Notes: generated by a model from the letters alone, not told the origin. Positions 25,306 through 38,300 are shown, counted from the stretch's first letter. The stretch is 64,000 nt of DNA from Haliotis cracherodii (GCF_022045235.1 NW_027266265.1:36456001-36520000), one strand, 5' to 3'. Translations and numbers: made by a program.

Positions 25306-25480
25306 CAGTAAACTACGTTTATAACGAACACGCTTATAACGAACTGACGGATATAACGAACTTATGTTTTTGTCCTAAATATTTGCTGCAGTTAAGCTGT
25401 ATATATGCTTATAACGAACTACGGTTATAACGAACTGAAATAAGTGATCCCTTTGAGTTCGTTTTAACCGTAGTTTGCTG
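25306..25480. mobile_element. pogo/Tigger-type MITE
   Basis: 24-bp TIRs CAGTAAACTACGTTTATAACGAAC / GTTCGTTTTAACCGTAGTTTGCTG, TA flanks, internal TATAACGAAC repeats. Confidence 0.8.
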
Positions 25481-25747
25481 TATGCATAGCCAAAGAGACA
25501 TTACCACGTTTGAAATCGTTATTCCTATATATGTAAAAGGAACCGACCAGTTGATAATCTGAAAATGAATCGCCTCCCAATTGCCTTCTTGAAAAAAATA
25601 ATTGTGGTTCTGACAGTTGAAAAAAGAGAAATTGATAGTCACATAAAATACATCGTTGCAAATGTTGTTTTTTGTGAAAAAATATTTAGGCTCATAGTAT
25701 TAATTAAAAAAAATAGCTGGATTTGCATATGTAGCTTAAAACAGCTA

Positions 25748-25968
25748 GTCCAGCTATATGACGGCGGTCTGTAAATAATTCGGACCATACAATCAAGTGA
25801 TCGATGTCACGAGCAACGATCTACGCAATTGGGATCGATGACATGTATCAACCAAGCCAGCAGCCTGACCTACCGATCCCGTTAGTCTCCTTTGACGACA
25901 AGCATAGTCGCCTTTTACGGCAAGCAGGGGTTGCTGAAGACCCATTCTACCCCGAATCTTCGCGGGTC
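25748..25968 (-). mobile_element. Family D
   Basis: Reverse-complement consensus match starting at the GACCCG head. Confidence 0.8.
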
Positions 25969-26289
25969 CTCTATACAAATTCCCCCACCCAGCATCCCAA
26001 TAACAAATGGCCGGTTTCTTAGTCGGATTAACGATTCAGAAGGAGTATTTTCCTTTTGGCTATGTCGAGTTCCCAAAAGGAATCGTTCGGAATGTGAGGC
26101 TTCCTGTTTAACAAGATGTCACTGTGTATGCAACTTCGTAGTGATCAGGGGGGAATGTTGAACAGTCATGATCTATGTGTAAGTGAGGCCAAAATACATC
26201 ACAACTCTGATAACATTTGTACTCTTAAGGCAAGGCAATAGTAATCAATTTCAATATTATCCTTCCAACGGTACTGTCAAGCCGGAAAG

Positions 26290-27152
26290 TCAGTATAAAT
26301 TCATCTTGACAACAATCGATGCCGTAGTTAGGCCGACAATACACATCTGTGTTAGTGGGGAAGTAGCAGGCGGAGATGCCGATGTCGGTCTCGGCGGGGA
26401 CAGGGTAGACGAAGGAGTCGATGTCGAGGCAGAAGTTGCTGCCGAGGAAGAAGCTGCTGTCGAAGAAGAAACAGATACCGATGTCGGTTTTGGCGATGAC
26501 AGAGTTGACGAAGAAGTAGATATCGAGGCAGAAGCTGCTGTCGAGGAAGAAGTTGCTGTCGAGGACGAAGAAGATGTCGAGGAAGAAGTAGGTGTCGAGG
26601 AAGTAGAAGATGTCGAGAACGGTGTTGATTGACAAACAGCTGTTTCATCGGAATTATCAGAACACTCGTTGTAGGTATTGCAGACCAAATCCTTTGGGAT
26701 GCACAGCTTGTTGTCACACTGGAAGTCAAGCTGCGAACACGACCCTGGAAGACATAAGCAACACTTCTCTGTCATACAAGAATGAGAGCCTTAAAATATA
26801 AAGCACCTCATGGGGGATGAAACAGGGGCCAAAGGTTTACAAGCGAGTGTATGTCATTGCACGCCGCAACCAGCTATACCAAGGGGATCCGTAAATAATC
26901 GAGTTTGGACCAGACAAACCAGTGATTGATGACGCCGTCGGGATACGTCGCGATCAACAAATCACCGAGCCGGACTTCCCAGAGTCACCTCTTGCGAAAC
27001 TCAACACAGTGGTCGGGACCTGGACCCGCACGTGCCCAAAACAAACGTTACGACGACCGCAAGTCCAATGCTTTAACCCAGAGGTGAAGGTGAGGTGAAA
27101 TTGGGTTGAACGTCGCGTCCAAGATTATTGCACTTATATAGCGACGTGCATG

Positions 27153-27187
<35 letters not shown>

Positions 27188-29116
27188 TGCTAGCTCACTG
27201 AGATACCATGCCGCAGTTTAACATGAATACCCTACTCAGACACAGTATACTGACTCCGAACCGACCAGTCCTTGTTTTAGCCCCTTAATGCCGAGCGCCA
27301 GACAGGGTAACAACAAGTTCCATCTTTTAACGTCTTTTGGTATGACGCGGTCGGGGATCGAACCCCGGTCGGGGATCGAACCCCGAACCTTCCGCTCCCC
27401 GGGCGGACGCTCTACCACTAGACCACGGAGGCGGTACTTTAACCCAGACGTACGATGGTCGTAATGCTAAGATCGTTGTGTGCTCAGTGGGCTCAGTCTC
27501 AGCGAGGTGATTTGTTGAATGAATGTAATGTGAATGAAATACGCCTACCATGGATGAAGTTATTATATTTTTTAGAATAACAATACTCACTATTTTAATT
27601 AAAGTGCTAAAGAGACACATTCTAACCTGGGCCACCACGGTTAGCAGATCGTAACATAAGTGATGAAAATAGGACTTTAATACACACCTTCAATCCCCAT
27701 GTTGAACGCAGTCATGGTGATTGACAATGATTTCCCCTCAGTGTTTGGAGAGTTACTTTTGTAATCAAATTGAGCAAAGTTGCCCGGCGCTTTGAAGACT
27801 TGGGCGTTATCCTCCTTGCATAGAGGACCTGTATCATAAAGCAACAGGTCATTATTATTCATCAAATGTTTTATAAAGTACAAATTTCGTTTTTTAAGTG
27901 TTGATGTGAACAATTTGAAGAGCAACATAATGAGTTTTCAGGATACCAGTATATGTAACGGTATTGTAATGAATTCAGAGGTAAAGCTGAACCCACGAGT
28001 ACGGAAACTGTGTTAACAAATCTAGGATCATATTGAGGGCGAATTTAGGACTCAAATAATGATCGCAGGATCCTTGCACAAATAAGGGACGTCACTCTGC
28101 TCAGAACGTTCATGTAGCGTGGTTGACTGAGCCAAACACTCTGACCATGTATAATCACAAGTACAGAATTCAGAAATAGATTCTGACCAATTGACCTGCC
28201 TTTGCATGTGTTTGTGACAGTTGCCACCGGTAGGACAGGTTACGCTCACCTTTTCGCGAACACCTGGTGTCGTCACTATTTCAGAAACACATGCTCATGA
28301 TAAAGTTGGAATCGTACAATCAACTCTTTTTATGAATATGGGAAGGTGTTTGCCGTTTTCATTTGAAGTTAGAACTCTCCTTACCTGCAATACTGTTTCC
28401 ATTTCCATCTAGGATGTCCAGGCTGGTGTTGTTGCAGCTGTCCACGAGGTCTAACACGGTGATGTCGATGAGGAGCCTTTCGTTTTCCACGTTGCTCTGA
28501 ATGACGAGGTTACATTCCTCCACTGAACGCAGGTCTGAGGCGAGCAATATCACGCTCTCGGAAAAACTCATGGTACTATCACAGTTCTCTTCCAACACCC
28601 CTGAAAACACGTGAAGTAAATATATGTTGCTGGTTGACAAATACGCTTTATGTTTCATGACATACTTAAGAGTGCAATATACTAAACTTAGAGTCACGAT
28701 CTGATAAATATGCAAATGAGTTCCCCTAGCACGAAATAAGTTCCATACATCGATTGGTCCGTTAATTATAACATAACGTCCCTTGTAGGTTTAGATAGAG
28801 GATTGACAATATTGGAGGCCAATTGATTAAGTAGTTTCTATTCCATATACATGTATATGATGAGAAATGTATTTATCAGTGTCTAAAAAATACATATATC
28901 AAGGTCTTCGCGCAGTGTGATATACACGTAAGATGATGTAGGTTGTTAGATATATCCCAGACGGTGTTTTGGTCTATATGAAACAGAAACTATAGACAAC
29001 TATGATTGTCAGCACAACACAGCACCACACTTACATTGCTCTGGTGTTTTTGTACACACGGATCCGATAGAAACAATTGCAATGAAGAGGAGGAAAATTT
29101 CACAACACGACGCCAT
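26290..29116 (-). CDS. Gene C: CUB-like + LDLa + Ser/Thr-rich stalk, 297 aa, GPI-signal-like C-terminus; exons 29116-29035, 28600-28385, 27828-27688, 26744-26290
   Basis: GT-AG, all phase 1; start context CAAGATGGCG. Signal peptide MASCCEIFLLFIAIVSIGSVC. LDLa CSQLDFQCDNKLCIPKDLVCNTYNECSDNSDETAVC. About 90-aa S/T/A/P tract, then MCIVGLTTASIVVKMNLY*. Confidence 0.88.
27083..27436 (-). mobile_element. SINE family B in intron 3 of gene C
   Basis: TSD CTTTAACCCAGA; absent at the paralogous site of gene D (~35125-35150). Confidence 0.9.
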
Positions 29117-29513
29117 CTTGGAAACAGGAGATAACATCTGGGACAGAGTGTTACAGATTCAGGGTCGGCGATACATCTCTCATATCAAGTGACTGTGTTC
29201 ATATATCAGGTTGTTACCAATATGTACTTACTACCAGCAATGAATAAGGGATCTATCTGCTGATTTGAAAGCGGCTATCGTTGAGGTGTACATATACAAT
29301 ACCGTGGCGTTGCATCTAATCGCAATGTCCAAATACAATGAAATTTCACATCGTGTATGAAAAACATATAATGCACGTGCACACTGAAGCTAAACTGTTT
29401 GCGCAGGTAGGGAACTAATACAACTGAGCTAAGCACACGCTTAAAAATGCCTCCGAGACAGTTTCTCAATGACCAGACAAAATGGCGGAGTGTGGGTACG
29501 ATAGATGGGGGAC

Positions 29514-30374
29514 TAGTGGTGTAACGATACATCGAACTATCGATTGATTGCGATTGCGTGTCTCACGATAGTACACTATCGATTGCAACTTGAAACAATC
29601 GATACTATTGACGATTGTCTAACTATCGATAGTTTCGATAGTTAATTTGTTTTGTACATTTACTTTCTTAAAAAACATAGAAACAACTCCTATGATCATC
29701 TAACCTCTGTCGTGCTTTCGTTTGGATTGCACTACTTTGTCTGCTTGATTTAGAGTTACGTCCCTTAGCTACTCGTCGCTAGGCAACATTGACAAGTTGG
29801 CGGACGCCACATATCAGTTAAAATTGTCGCCAATAAGGCAGGCAAATCGTGGTTATGGGACCATTTTGGCTTTGTCAAAACGGAAAACGAGACAGACAAG
29901 CAAAAAGTAAGTTGTAGAATCTGTCGGATAATTCTAAAGTATTCAGGAAATCTAATCTGACCGACCACTTGACAAGACGGCACCCAGATATTCGTCCACG
30001 TGAAAAAGGGGGATCAAATACTAGTCATTCTATCACATTCATACACATTGGTGCTAAAACACTGCAGTAACCTAAGACTTTACCAGTTACATGAAGTGAA
30101 TTTTTTTATTAAAATGTTTTTGAGAGGTCAATTTGAACTTGTTTTCTTTTCATTTCTTGTTTTCTTTACACATAGTATCAGAAAGTTATAATTAGTTTGA
30201 TGGTGTCAGTCAAAATGCTGAAATATATGCTGCTAAAGCCTGCTATAATTGCAAGTGAAAACTATCGCAATAGTATCGCAATAGTAGGGCCACTATCGCA
30301 ATAGTATCGCAATAGTTGTTTTAACTATCGCAGTAGTATCGCAATAGTAAAAAATGCCTCAATAGTCACCCCTA
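29514..30374 (+). mobile_element. Internally deleted hAT transposon with a BED zinc-finger remnant
   Basis: Ends TAGTGGTG / CACCCCTA; perfect 8-bp TSD TGGGGGAC (29506-29513 / 30375-30382); subterminal TATCGAT/TATCGCAATAG repeats; from 29841 GKSWLWDHFGFVK..KVSCRICRIILKYSGN/SNLTDHLTRRHP (one frameshift). Confidence 0.88.
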
Positions 30375-30486
30375 TGGGGGACGTCAATATTTCAACTTGC
30401 CCAAACGTTTGGTTAATCAGAAAGTGAAATTCCTCGACTGTGTGGTAGGTACCCTCAAACGGGCGAGGTTGCAATGAGATCTGGGC

Positions 30487-30770
30487 GTGGCAGGCCTTAA
30501 AACATTATTGCAATACGCCATTGATTTCAATCTGCTCCTGTTATCAATATGTGTCATGGTGTGGGGCGGCGTCACACATGGCAGGCGAACTGATTTGCTT
30601 ATTGTGAATGGACATTATACTGGCCAGCGATATGTTGACGAAAGTTTTCCTCCCTCGTTGTTCCATTCGCTGGAGTTATCAGCCGAAATTGTGAACAGCG
30701 AAAAAGCACATCGTGCCCAGCTCGTCGCCGATTATCGTCGACGCGTTGGGCATACGGACTTCCGTCTGGC
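30487..30770 (+). mobile_element. Tc1 transposase fragment
   Basis: VMVWGGVTHGRRTDLLIVNGHYTGQRYVDE; later AHRAQLVADY. Confidence 0.75.
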
Positions 30771-31810
30771 GAGGATTGGCAAAATCTAAACAAGGTAATT
30801 TGGTCAAGAAGTAACTTAAGCTTTAGTTATATTGATGATCTGATATCGTTCAATAACAATCAAATAGCTAATTTCCCTCCACTGATTTACCCACCTAAAC
30901 TAGAAATAAAGTGACCAATCGGACCTCCTCATCTGTTTCATATTTAGATCTGGCCGACTCCGTGGTCTAGAGGTGGAGCGTCCGCCCGGAGAGCGGAAGG
31001 TCCGGGGTTCGATCCCCGACCGCGTCACACCAAAAGACGTTAAAAGACGGTACTTGTTGTTACCCTGTCTGGCGCTCGGCATTAATGGGCTAAAACAAGG
31101 ACTGGTCGGCTCGGAGTCAGTATACTGTGTCTGAGTGGGGTATTCATGTTAAACTGCGGCATGGTATCTCAGTGAGCTAGCACTATAAATGGGCATCAGT
31201 CCGGACTAGTACAAGCAAACACACACACACGTACATGCACGTCGCTATATAAGTGTAATAATCTTGGACGCGACGTTAAACCAAATTTCACCTCACCACA
31301 CCTATGCATAATGATTCAGAGTGACAAATCACTCTCCACAAGACTGTATGATGAGAGGGATGACTCCTATCCTATAGTCAACCTTCCCTTCACGTCGTGC
31401 AATATTCCAGCAGCTCCAGCCTTTGGTGTTTACATTTCACAACTTTTGAAATACAATCGAGCGGGCTCTTTCTACCAAGGAGCACGGGCATCAGAAGTTG
31501 TTTGATCAGGGTTAAAACACTCAAGGCCTCAGTAAAGCTTTCAAAAAGCGTTATGGTAGACATGTGGAGGACTTTTCCAAATTTGACGCATCAGTGACAA
31601 AAATGATGTCCGATGCAATTCCCTATTTTGACTTGTACCATACATGTCTGTTCCCGTGTTGTTTCATGTGAACAACTGACTAGCCTTTGCATGTGTTTGT
31701 GGCAGGTGCCACCGGCTGTTCAGGATACGCTCACCTTTTCGCGAACACCTGGTATCATTACTATTTTTTAGTGTTTCTTGAACACGTGCTCATGATATAC
31801 TCAGAATCGT
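30770..31810 (+). mobile_element. Penelope-like element 3' fragment (RT catalytic region to 3' end), interrupted by a family B SINE (30951-31303)
   Basis: YIDD at 30828-30839; STRLYDERDD..PIVNLPF..NIPAAPAFGVYISQL; conserved 3' motif at ~31688-31765. Confidence 0.8.
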
Positions 31811-32177
31811 GCTGAGATTTCTACTGGATATGGAATGGGTTTTGTGGCTTTATTTATTTGATCTTATCTAGTTTGTATTATCATCATCGCCTTGATAATC
31901 CATATACTTGGCGGAAACCTTTTTGTGTAAGGTCACATTAGTTATGAGTAGTAAGCAGTACGTCGGATGACGTCACTCATGGCCGTCATGTTATGTAATA
32001 ATGCGCCACTGCAATCATGAGAATAGAGAGAATGCATCGATTCGATGCTAAAGTGATCCGCTATTACTGCACTCACACTACAGGCTACAATTTCTCTTAC
32101 AACTTGTTTTTCCACTGTTCGCTGTAAGATAAATGGTATCTGACAGACACTCGTGTATTAATCTTTACATAACGGGT

Positions 32178-32457
32178 GGGCACGGGGGGCCCAGTCGTCT
32201 AAGGAGCCGCGATTCGCTGTGCAAAGTTGCGTCACTTGGGCACGCCAGAAACCTTTGTTTGTGGGTTCGAATCCCGGTTCGCCCCGATTATATTTCTAGG
32301 TTTGTCAGCACCATACCCATGCCCGTGGGTTTCACCGAAGTGGTAAACGTCTGAGACCTGCATCACTTCGGGCTTTCCTCCTACATATAAGCTGACACGC
32401 CGCGATATAACTGGAATACTGTTAAATGCGGCGTTAAACCCAACTCACTCACTCACT
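32178..32457 (+). mobile_element. SINE family C
   Basis: Near-consensus copy. Confidence 0.88.
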
Positions 32458-32784
32458 CTAAATGACGCACCCCATGATAGTGTTACTTCTGCCACGTACT
32501 TATCTTAAATATAATTAAGGAAGTAATGGCGTAACAAGGTCATAGGCGGACCATATGGGATAGAACATAAGACTATTGTATGTGGAGCCTTGAGTGAGTG
32601 AGTGAGTGAGTGAGTGAGTGAGTGAGTTGAGTTTAACATGTATAGGATATACCATATTTAATTATGAATAATGTGTAAGTTTTGTTATTTCATCAGATCA
32701 GACGGATTCTAACCAGGGAACTATGTACCTTCAAGCCGACGAGGCATGACATATGTCTCTTCGTCTTATTGCTGTAATACAAAG

Positions 32785-33315
32785 TTTGTTTGTTTGTTTT
32801 TTTCTTTGTTGTTTCCCGCCGCACTCAGCAATATTCCAGCTATATGACGGCGGTCTGTAAATAATCGAGTTTGGACCAGACAATCCAGTGATTGACATCA
32901 TGAGCATCGGTCTACGCAACTGGGATACGATGACAAGCACCAACCAAGTCAGCGAGCCTGACTACCTGGTCACGTTAGTCGCCTCTTACGACAAGCATAG
33001 TCGCCTTTTACGACAAGGAAGATACATATGTCGACGGAAGATACTCCAAGCCTTATGTATTTCAAAAACTAGTGATAGCGATAAGGGCTTCATTCAGATT
33101 GTCCCGGAATAAAACGAGTGGTCCCTAATGGTATTTATAAATGTATCACGTTAACTACAGTGACCATCTACATATAAAAATGTATAATACAAACATGCAT
33201 CAACCAAGTCAGCGAGTCTGACCACCCGATCCCGTTAGTCGCCTCTTACGACAAGCATAGTTGTCTTTTACGGCAAGCATGGGTTGCTGCAGACCTTCCC
33301 CGGATCTTCACGGGT
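32785..33315 (-). mobile_element. Family D copies (32785-33015 and 33193-33315)
   Basis: Reverse-complement consensus matches. Confidence 0.8.
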
Positions 33316-33488
33316 CCTCTAATACAAAGTAGACCAGTTAATTATTTTAATTAGAATATAGCATCGAAAGGCATACTGTCATATATTAGCGGCCACAGAT
33401 GCATGCTGGTAATCATCAATCTGACAAAATCTTGCATTCATCCTGTTGCAGAATCCTCTGGAACATAAGCTTTATTTAAAACGGTTAC

Positions 33489-36400
33489 TCAATTAACGCT
33501 GTCATATCCCCGATGGTGCCTAAGTCTCCTAGTCAGACACAATGCTGCCACTGCGACCGCCAACAAACAAGCGAATGTCACACCAACTATAAGTCCCGCG
33601 TTTTCTCCCAGAGGGGTGTAGTCGGGGCCGTTGCAGTCATTCTCATCTGAGTTATCAGAACACTCGTTGTATCCATTGCACAATAAGTCTTTGGGTATGC
33701 ACAGATTGTTGGCGCACTGGTACTCAATCGAAGCACATTTCCCTGAAACAAAAACAACCAAGACACTTTATGAAATGTGCCAATAGATAAACAGGTTTTT
33801 GACTTTGATAATATTACTGGTTTACTTACTGTTTAAATTGTTTACAATTCGGTCCCCGAAATAAGCATCTGTCAATGCACAGTATGGCCTATTCTTGGTG
33901 AAGAATAATTGTAGAGGAAGAATGTTTCTTTCTCAGAATATGCACACTATGGCCTATTCTGTCTTGGTGAAGAATAATTGTAGAGGAAGAATGTTTCTTT
34001 CTCAGAATATGCACACTATGGCCTATTCTGTTTTGGTGAAGAATAATTGTAGAGGAAGAATGTTTCTTTCTCATAATATGCACACTATGGCCTATTCTGT
34101 CTTTGTGATGAATAATTGTAGAGGAAGAATGTTTCTTTCTCATAATATGCACAGTATGGCCTATTCAGTCTTGGTCAAGAATAATTGTAGAGGAAGAATG
34201 CTTAATTCTCATAATATGCACAGTACGGCCTATTCAGTCTTGGTGAAGAATTATTGTAGAGGAAGAATGTTTCTTTCTCATAAATGCACAGTATGGCCTA
34301 TTCAGTCTTGGTGAAGAATAATTGTAGAGGAAGAATGTCTCTTTCTCATAAAATGCACAGTATGGCCTATTCAGTCTTGGTGAAGAATAATTGTAGAGGA
34401 AGAATGCTTCTTTCTCAGAATATGCACACTATGGCCTATTCAGTCTTGGTGAAGAATAATTGTAGAGGAAGAATGTTTCTTTCTCAGAACATGCACACTA
34501 TGGCCTATTCTGTCTTGGTGAAGAATAATTGTAGAGGAAGAATGTTTCTCATAATATGCACAGTATGGCCTATTCTGTCTTGGTGAAGAATAATTGTAGA
34601 GGAAGAATGTTTCTTTCTCAGAACATGCACAGTATGGCCTATTCTGTCTTGATGAAGAATAATTGTAGAGGAAGAATGTTTCATCCTCATAATATGCACA
34701 GTATGGCCTATTCTTGAAGAAGAATAATTGTAAAGGAAGAATGTTTCTTTCTCAGAATTAATGACGATAAAGCAACATAATGTGAATTTGTAGTGCCGGA
34801 TGTTTTGTCTGAAGGGACCGGAAGTGTAAAAATATATACATTTGGAACATTTACTTAATATATTGTTGCTGTGTTATGATGCTGTTTCGTTCTTGTTGAC
34901 ATGTGCCTGGTATTAATTATTATTTGGTGCACAGAAGGGAACGTTATGTGTGGTCTCCATAGTGATATGTGGTCTCTGGCAGTATCTAGTACTTTCATCA
35001 AAATAGACATCTTACATGGATAAAAACATCATTAGTAAATGGAATATCTCTTGCGAAACGCAATACAGTGCTGGAGACCTGTGTCCACCTGCTCAAAGCA
35101 AACGCTACGACGATCGTAACTCCAATACTTTAACATTGACTTAAGATAGTCGTAACGTTAAGATCGTTGTGTGCGAGTGGGTCCCGCCTTAGCCTGGTGA
35201 TTTGTTGAATGAAAGAATGAAATGCGCTAAAGGTGGATGAGTGAGTGAGTTGGGTTTAAGGCCGCTTTTAACACTATTCCAGTTATATCGTAGCGTGTCA
35301 GCTTAATGTAGGATGAAAGCCCGAAGTGATGCAGGTCTCAGACGTTTGCAACTTCGGTCTATCGTGGATGAAGGATTTATACTTTTTACAATACAAATAA
35401 ACAATATTTTAATTAAAGTGCAACAGAGACACATTCTTACCTGAGTCACATCGGTTAGCAGATCGTAACACAAGTAATGAAAATATGACAACTTTGATAC
35501 AAACCTTCAATCCCCATGTTGAACGCAGTGATGAGGATCGACAATGATTTCCCCTTAGTTTTCGGAGAGTCACTTTTGTAATCAAATTGAGCATAGTTGC
35601 CCGGTGCTTTGAAGACTTGGGCGTTATCCTCCTTACATAGAGGACCTGTATCATGAAGCAACATGTCATTATTATTCATCAAATGTTTTACAAAGAACAA
35701 ATTTCGTTTGAGTTATTAATGTGAACAATTTGAAGAGCACCAGACTAGCAAGGGGCGCGACTGAGGGACGTTTCTGCACCAAACACTCTGACCATGTATA
35801 ATCACAATCATCACTCATTTTTGACAAGTACAGAAATTAGAAATTCTGGCCAATTGACCTGCCTTTGCATGTGTTTCTGACGGGTGGCACCGGTGGGACA
35901 TGATACGTCGACCTTTTCGCGAACACCTGGTGCCGTCACTATTTGATAGTGATTCAAAAACACATGATCGTGTTAAAGTCAGAATCGTACAATCGATTGC
36001 ATTTGGCAGAATCTGAATAATATGTAAAGAGGTTTGTCGATTTCATTTGAAATTAAAACTCTCCATACCTGCAATGCTGTTTCCATTTTCATCTAGGATG
36101 TCCAGACTGGTGTTGCTGCAGCTGTCCACGAGGTCTAACACGGTGATGTCGATGAGGAGCCTTTCGTTTTCCAAGCTGCTCTGAATGACGAGGTTACATT
36201 GCTCCACTGAACGCAGGTTTGAGGCAAACAGTATCACGCTCTCGGAAAAGGGCATGGTACTGTCACAGTTCTCTTCCAGCACAACTGAAAACACGTGAAG
36301 AGAATATCTATTGGTGTTCGTCAAATACGCTCTATATTTCATCGTATGGTTCATCACATACTGCAGAGTGTTTGTGCAATATACTTATCCGATAAACTTA

Positions 36401-36830
36401 GAGTCACGATCTGATACATATGCAAATGAGTTCCCCAAGCACGAAATAAGTTTCATTCATCGATTGGTCCCTAAATTATTGCATAAGGTTCCTTGTAGGT
36501 TTCGATAGAGGTTTGACAATAATGGAGACCAATTGATTAAGTAGTTTCTATTCCATACATATGTATATGATGAGAAAGGTATTTATCAGTGTCTAAAAAA
36601 AACATGTATCAAGGTCTTCGCGCAGTGTGATATACATTATGACGTAAGATGAAGTAGGTGGGTGGAAATATCTAAGACGGTGTTTTGGTGTATATGAAAC
36701 AGAAACTATAGACAACTAGACGGGAGTAGACAGCACCATACTTACATTGGTCTGGTGTTGATTGAGGCCACACGGATCCGGTAGAAATAAGTGCAATGAA
36801 CAAGAGGAGGGTCCTACAACATGACGCCAT
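33489..36830 (-). CDS. Gene D: CUB-like + LDLa + TM type I membrane protein, 231 aa; exons 36830-36746, 36284-36069, 35645-35505, 33742-33489
   Basis: GT-AG, all phase 1. Signal peptide MASCCRTLLLFIALISTGSVWP. LDLa CASIEYQCANNLCIPKDLLCNGYNECSDNSDENDC. TM AGLIVGVTFACLLAVAVAALCL. Tail RRLRHHRGYDSVN*. Confidence 0.9.
33876..34760. repeat. 69-bp minisatellite (~13 copies) in intron 3 of gene D
   Basis: Unit ATGCACA(C/G)TATGGCCTATTCTGTCTTGGTGAAGAATAATTGTAGAGGAAGAATGTTTCTTTCTCA(G/T)AAT. Confidence 0.95.
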
Positions 36831-36993
36831 CTTGGACAGAGATAACATCTTCGACAATGTGTATCAGATACATGGGTCGGCGATACAGCCAAATGACTGT
36901 GTTGATATAGTAGGTTGTTATCGGTATGGTTAAATTTTCTTAATTATACACATGTGATGCATGTCTTTTCACGAAGATATGTTATCCTTACAG

Positions 36994-37292
36994 TAGTGAG
37001 TGAGTGAGTGAGTGAGTGAGTGAGTTGGGTTTAACGCCGCTTTTAACAGTATTCCAGTTATATCGCGGCGTGTCAGCTTAATGTGGGATGAAAGCCCGAA
37101 ATGATGCAAGACTCAGACGTTTACCACTTCGGTGAAACCCACGAGCACGGGTATGGTGCTGACAAACCTAGAAACATATTTGGGGAAAACCGGGATTCGA
37201 ACCCACAATCATAGGTTTCTGGCGTGCCCAAGGGACGCAACTCTGCATAGCCATTCGCGGCGCCCGTAGACGACTGGGCCACCCGTGCCCCC
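36994..37292 (-). mobile_element. SINE family C
   Basis: Reverse-complement consensus with long (GAGT)n tail. Confidence 0.88.
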
Positions 37293-37365
37293 TCCTCACA
37301 GTTGTGATTCATAAGTACCTTTATACCCATGACGCATTATTTTCACACACGCACGCACGCACGCA

Positions 37366-38300
37366 CAAACTGCCGACCAAAAGAAACTTTGCCACTTTAA
37401 AAATGAAATTGCAAAAATTAAAAAAAAAAAAGTTCGACCAGGATCAATTCAAAACACATCGTCAAAACACAACAATGCCCTATGCAGAAAGTGACACACG
37501 TTCACGGGATGTTTTTTTGCCGAAAATGCGAAGAGGTGAAAGACGTGCCGCTTGGGCAGCCAAAACTACACGTGCAATAAGGGTATGTAAATGATACAGA
37601 CGGTATGGCAAGTCAGACACACACACTGATAAGAAAGCATCACAAAAATGCCACGACTGACACCCGAACACCGCGAGCGGGCCCTGGGTAGGATACAGAT
37701 TGTAGCCACCCATGCCCATATTGCTAGAACCTTTGGTTGCTCCCGTGTTGCTGTAACTTACCTGATGCAACGTTACAGACAGACCGGACAGACATCAGAC
37801 ATGCCAAGAACAGGCAGACCCAGTACGCCCAATAAAGACCGGTACTTGCGTACTTTGCATCTCTGGAATCGATTCCTGACAGTGATGACATCAGCGACGG
37901 ATGCCTCCAGGCATATGCTTACTCGACAGGCAGTGGCCAGGGCTACAGGAGTTAGGGCTTACAGACCTACCAGAGGACTATTATTGCCAGTGCAACATCT
38001 TCTTCACAGATAAAAGCCACTTCTGTCAGTTAAGAGCTGATGGAAGATAGCGAGTTTACCGCCGAAGGGAAGAACGAACGGCGGCATGTTGTGTTCAGGT
38101 GGTCGTGCCGTATGGTGTTATGGTGTGGGGATAGATTTGTAGGCAGGAGCGAACACCACTGGTCATCGTTAACGGACATTTGACAGCTCAGTGTTGCATG
38201 GATGACGTTCTTCGTCCGATTGTCCGACCATTTCTATAGCAGCTGCCACGTAGTGTCCTTTATCAGCATGACAACGCCAGACTCCCTACAGCCCGTTTGT
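37366..38300 (+). mobile_element. Decayed Tc1 transposon (transposase pseudogene from 37648)
   Basis: MPRLTPEHRERALG..IARTFGCSR..RYRQTGQTSDMPRTGRP (paired HTH, GRP motif); VMVWG..LVIVNGHLTAQ..DDVLRPIV..YQHDNAR; stops and deletions. Confidence 0.85.

Noticed and set aside
26183-26632. Acidic Glu/Val-rich ORF with an apparent signal peptide (+)
   Set aside because: Antisense shadow of the Ser/Thr stalk of gene C, whose frame is supported by the LDLa domain and splice phase.
33889-34699. Repetitive ORFs here, and at 10789-11145, 48436-48927 and 62767-63246
   Set aside because: All are translations of minisatellites.
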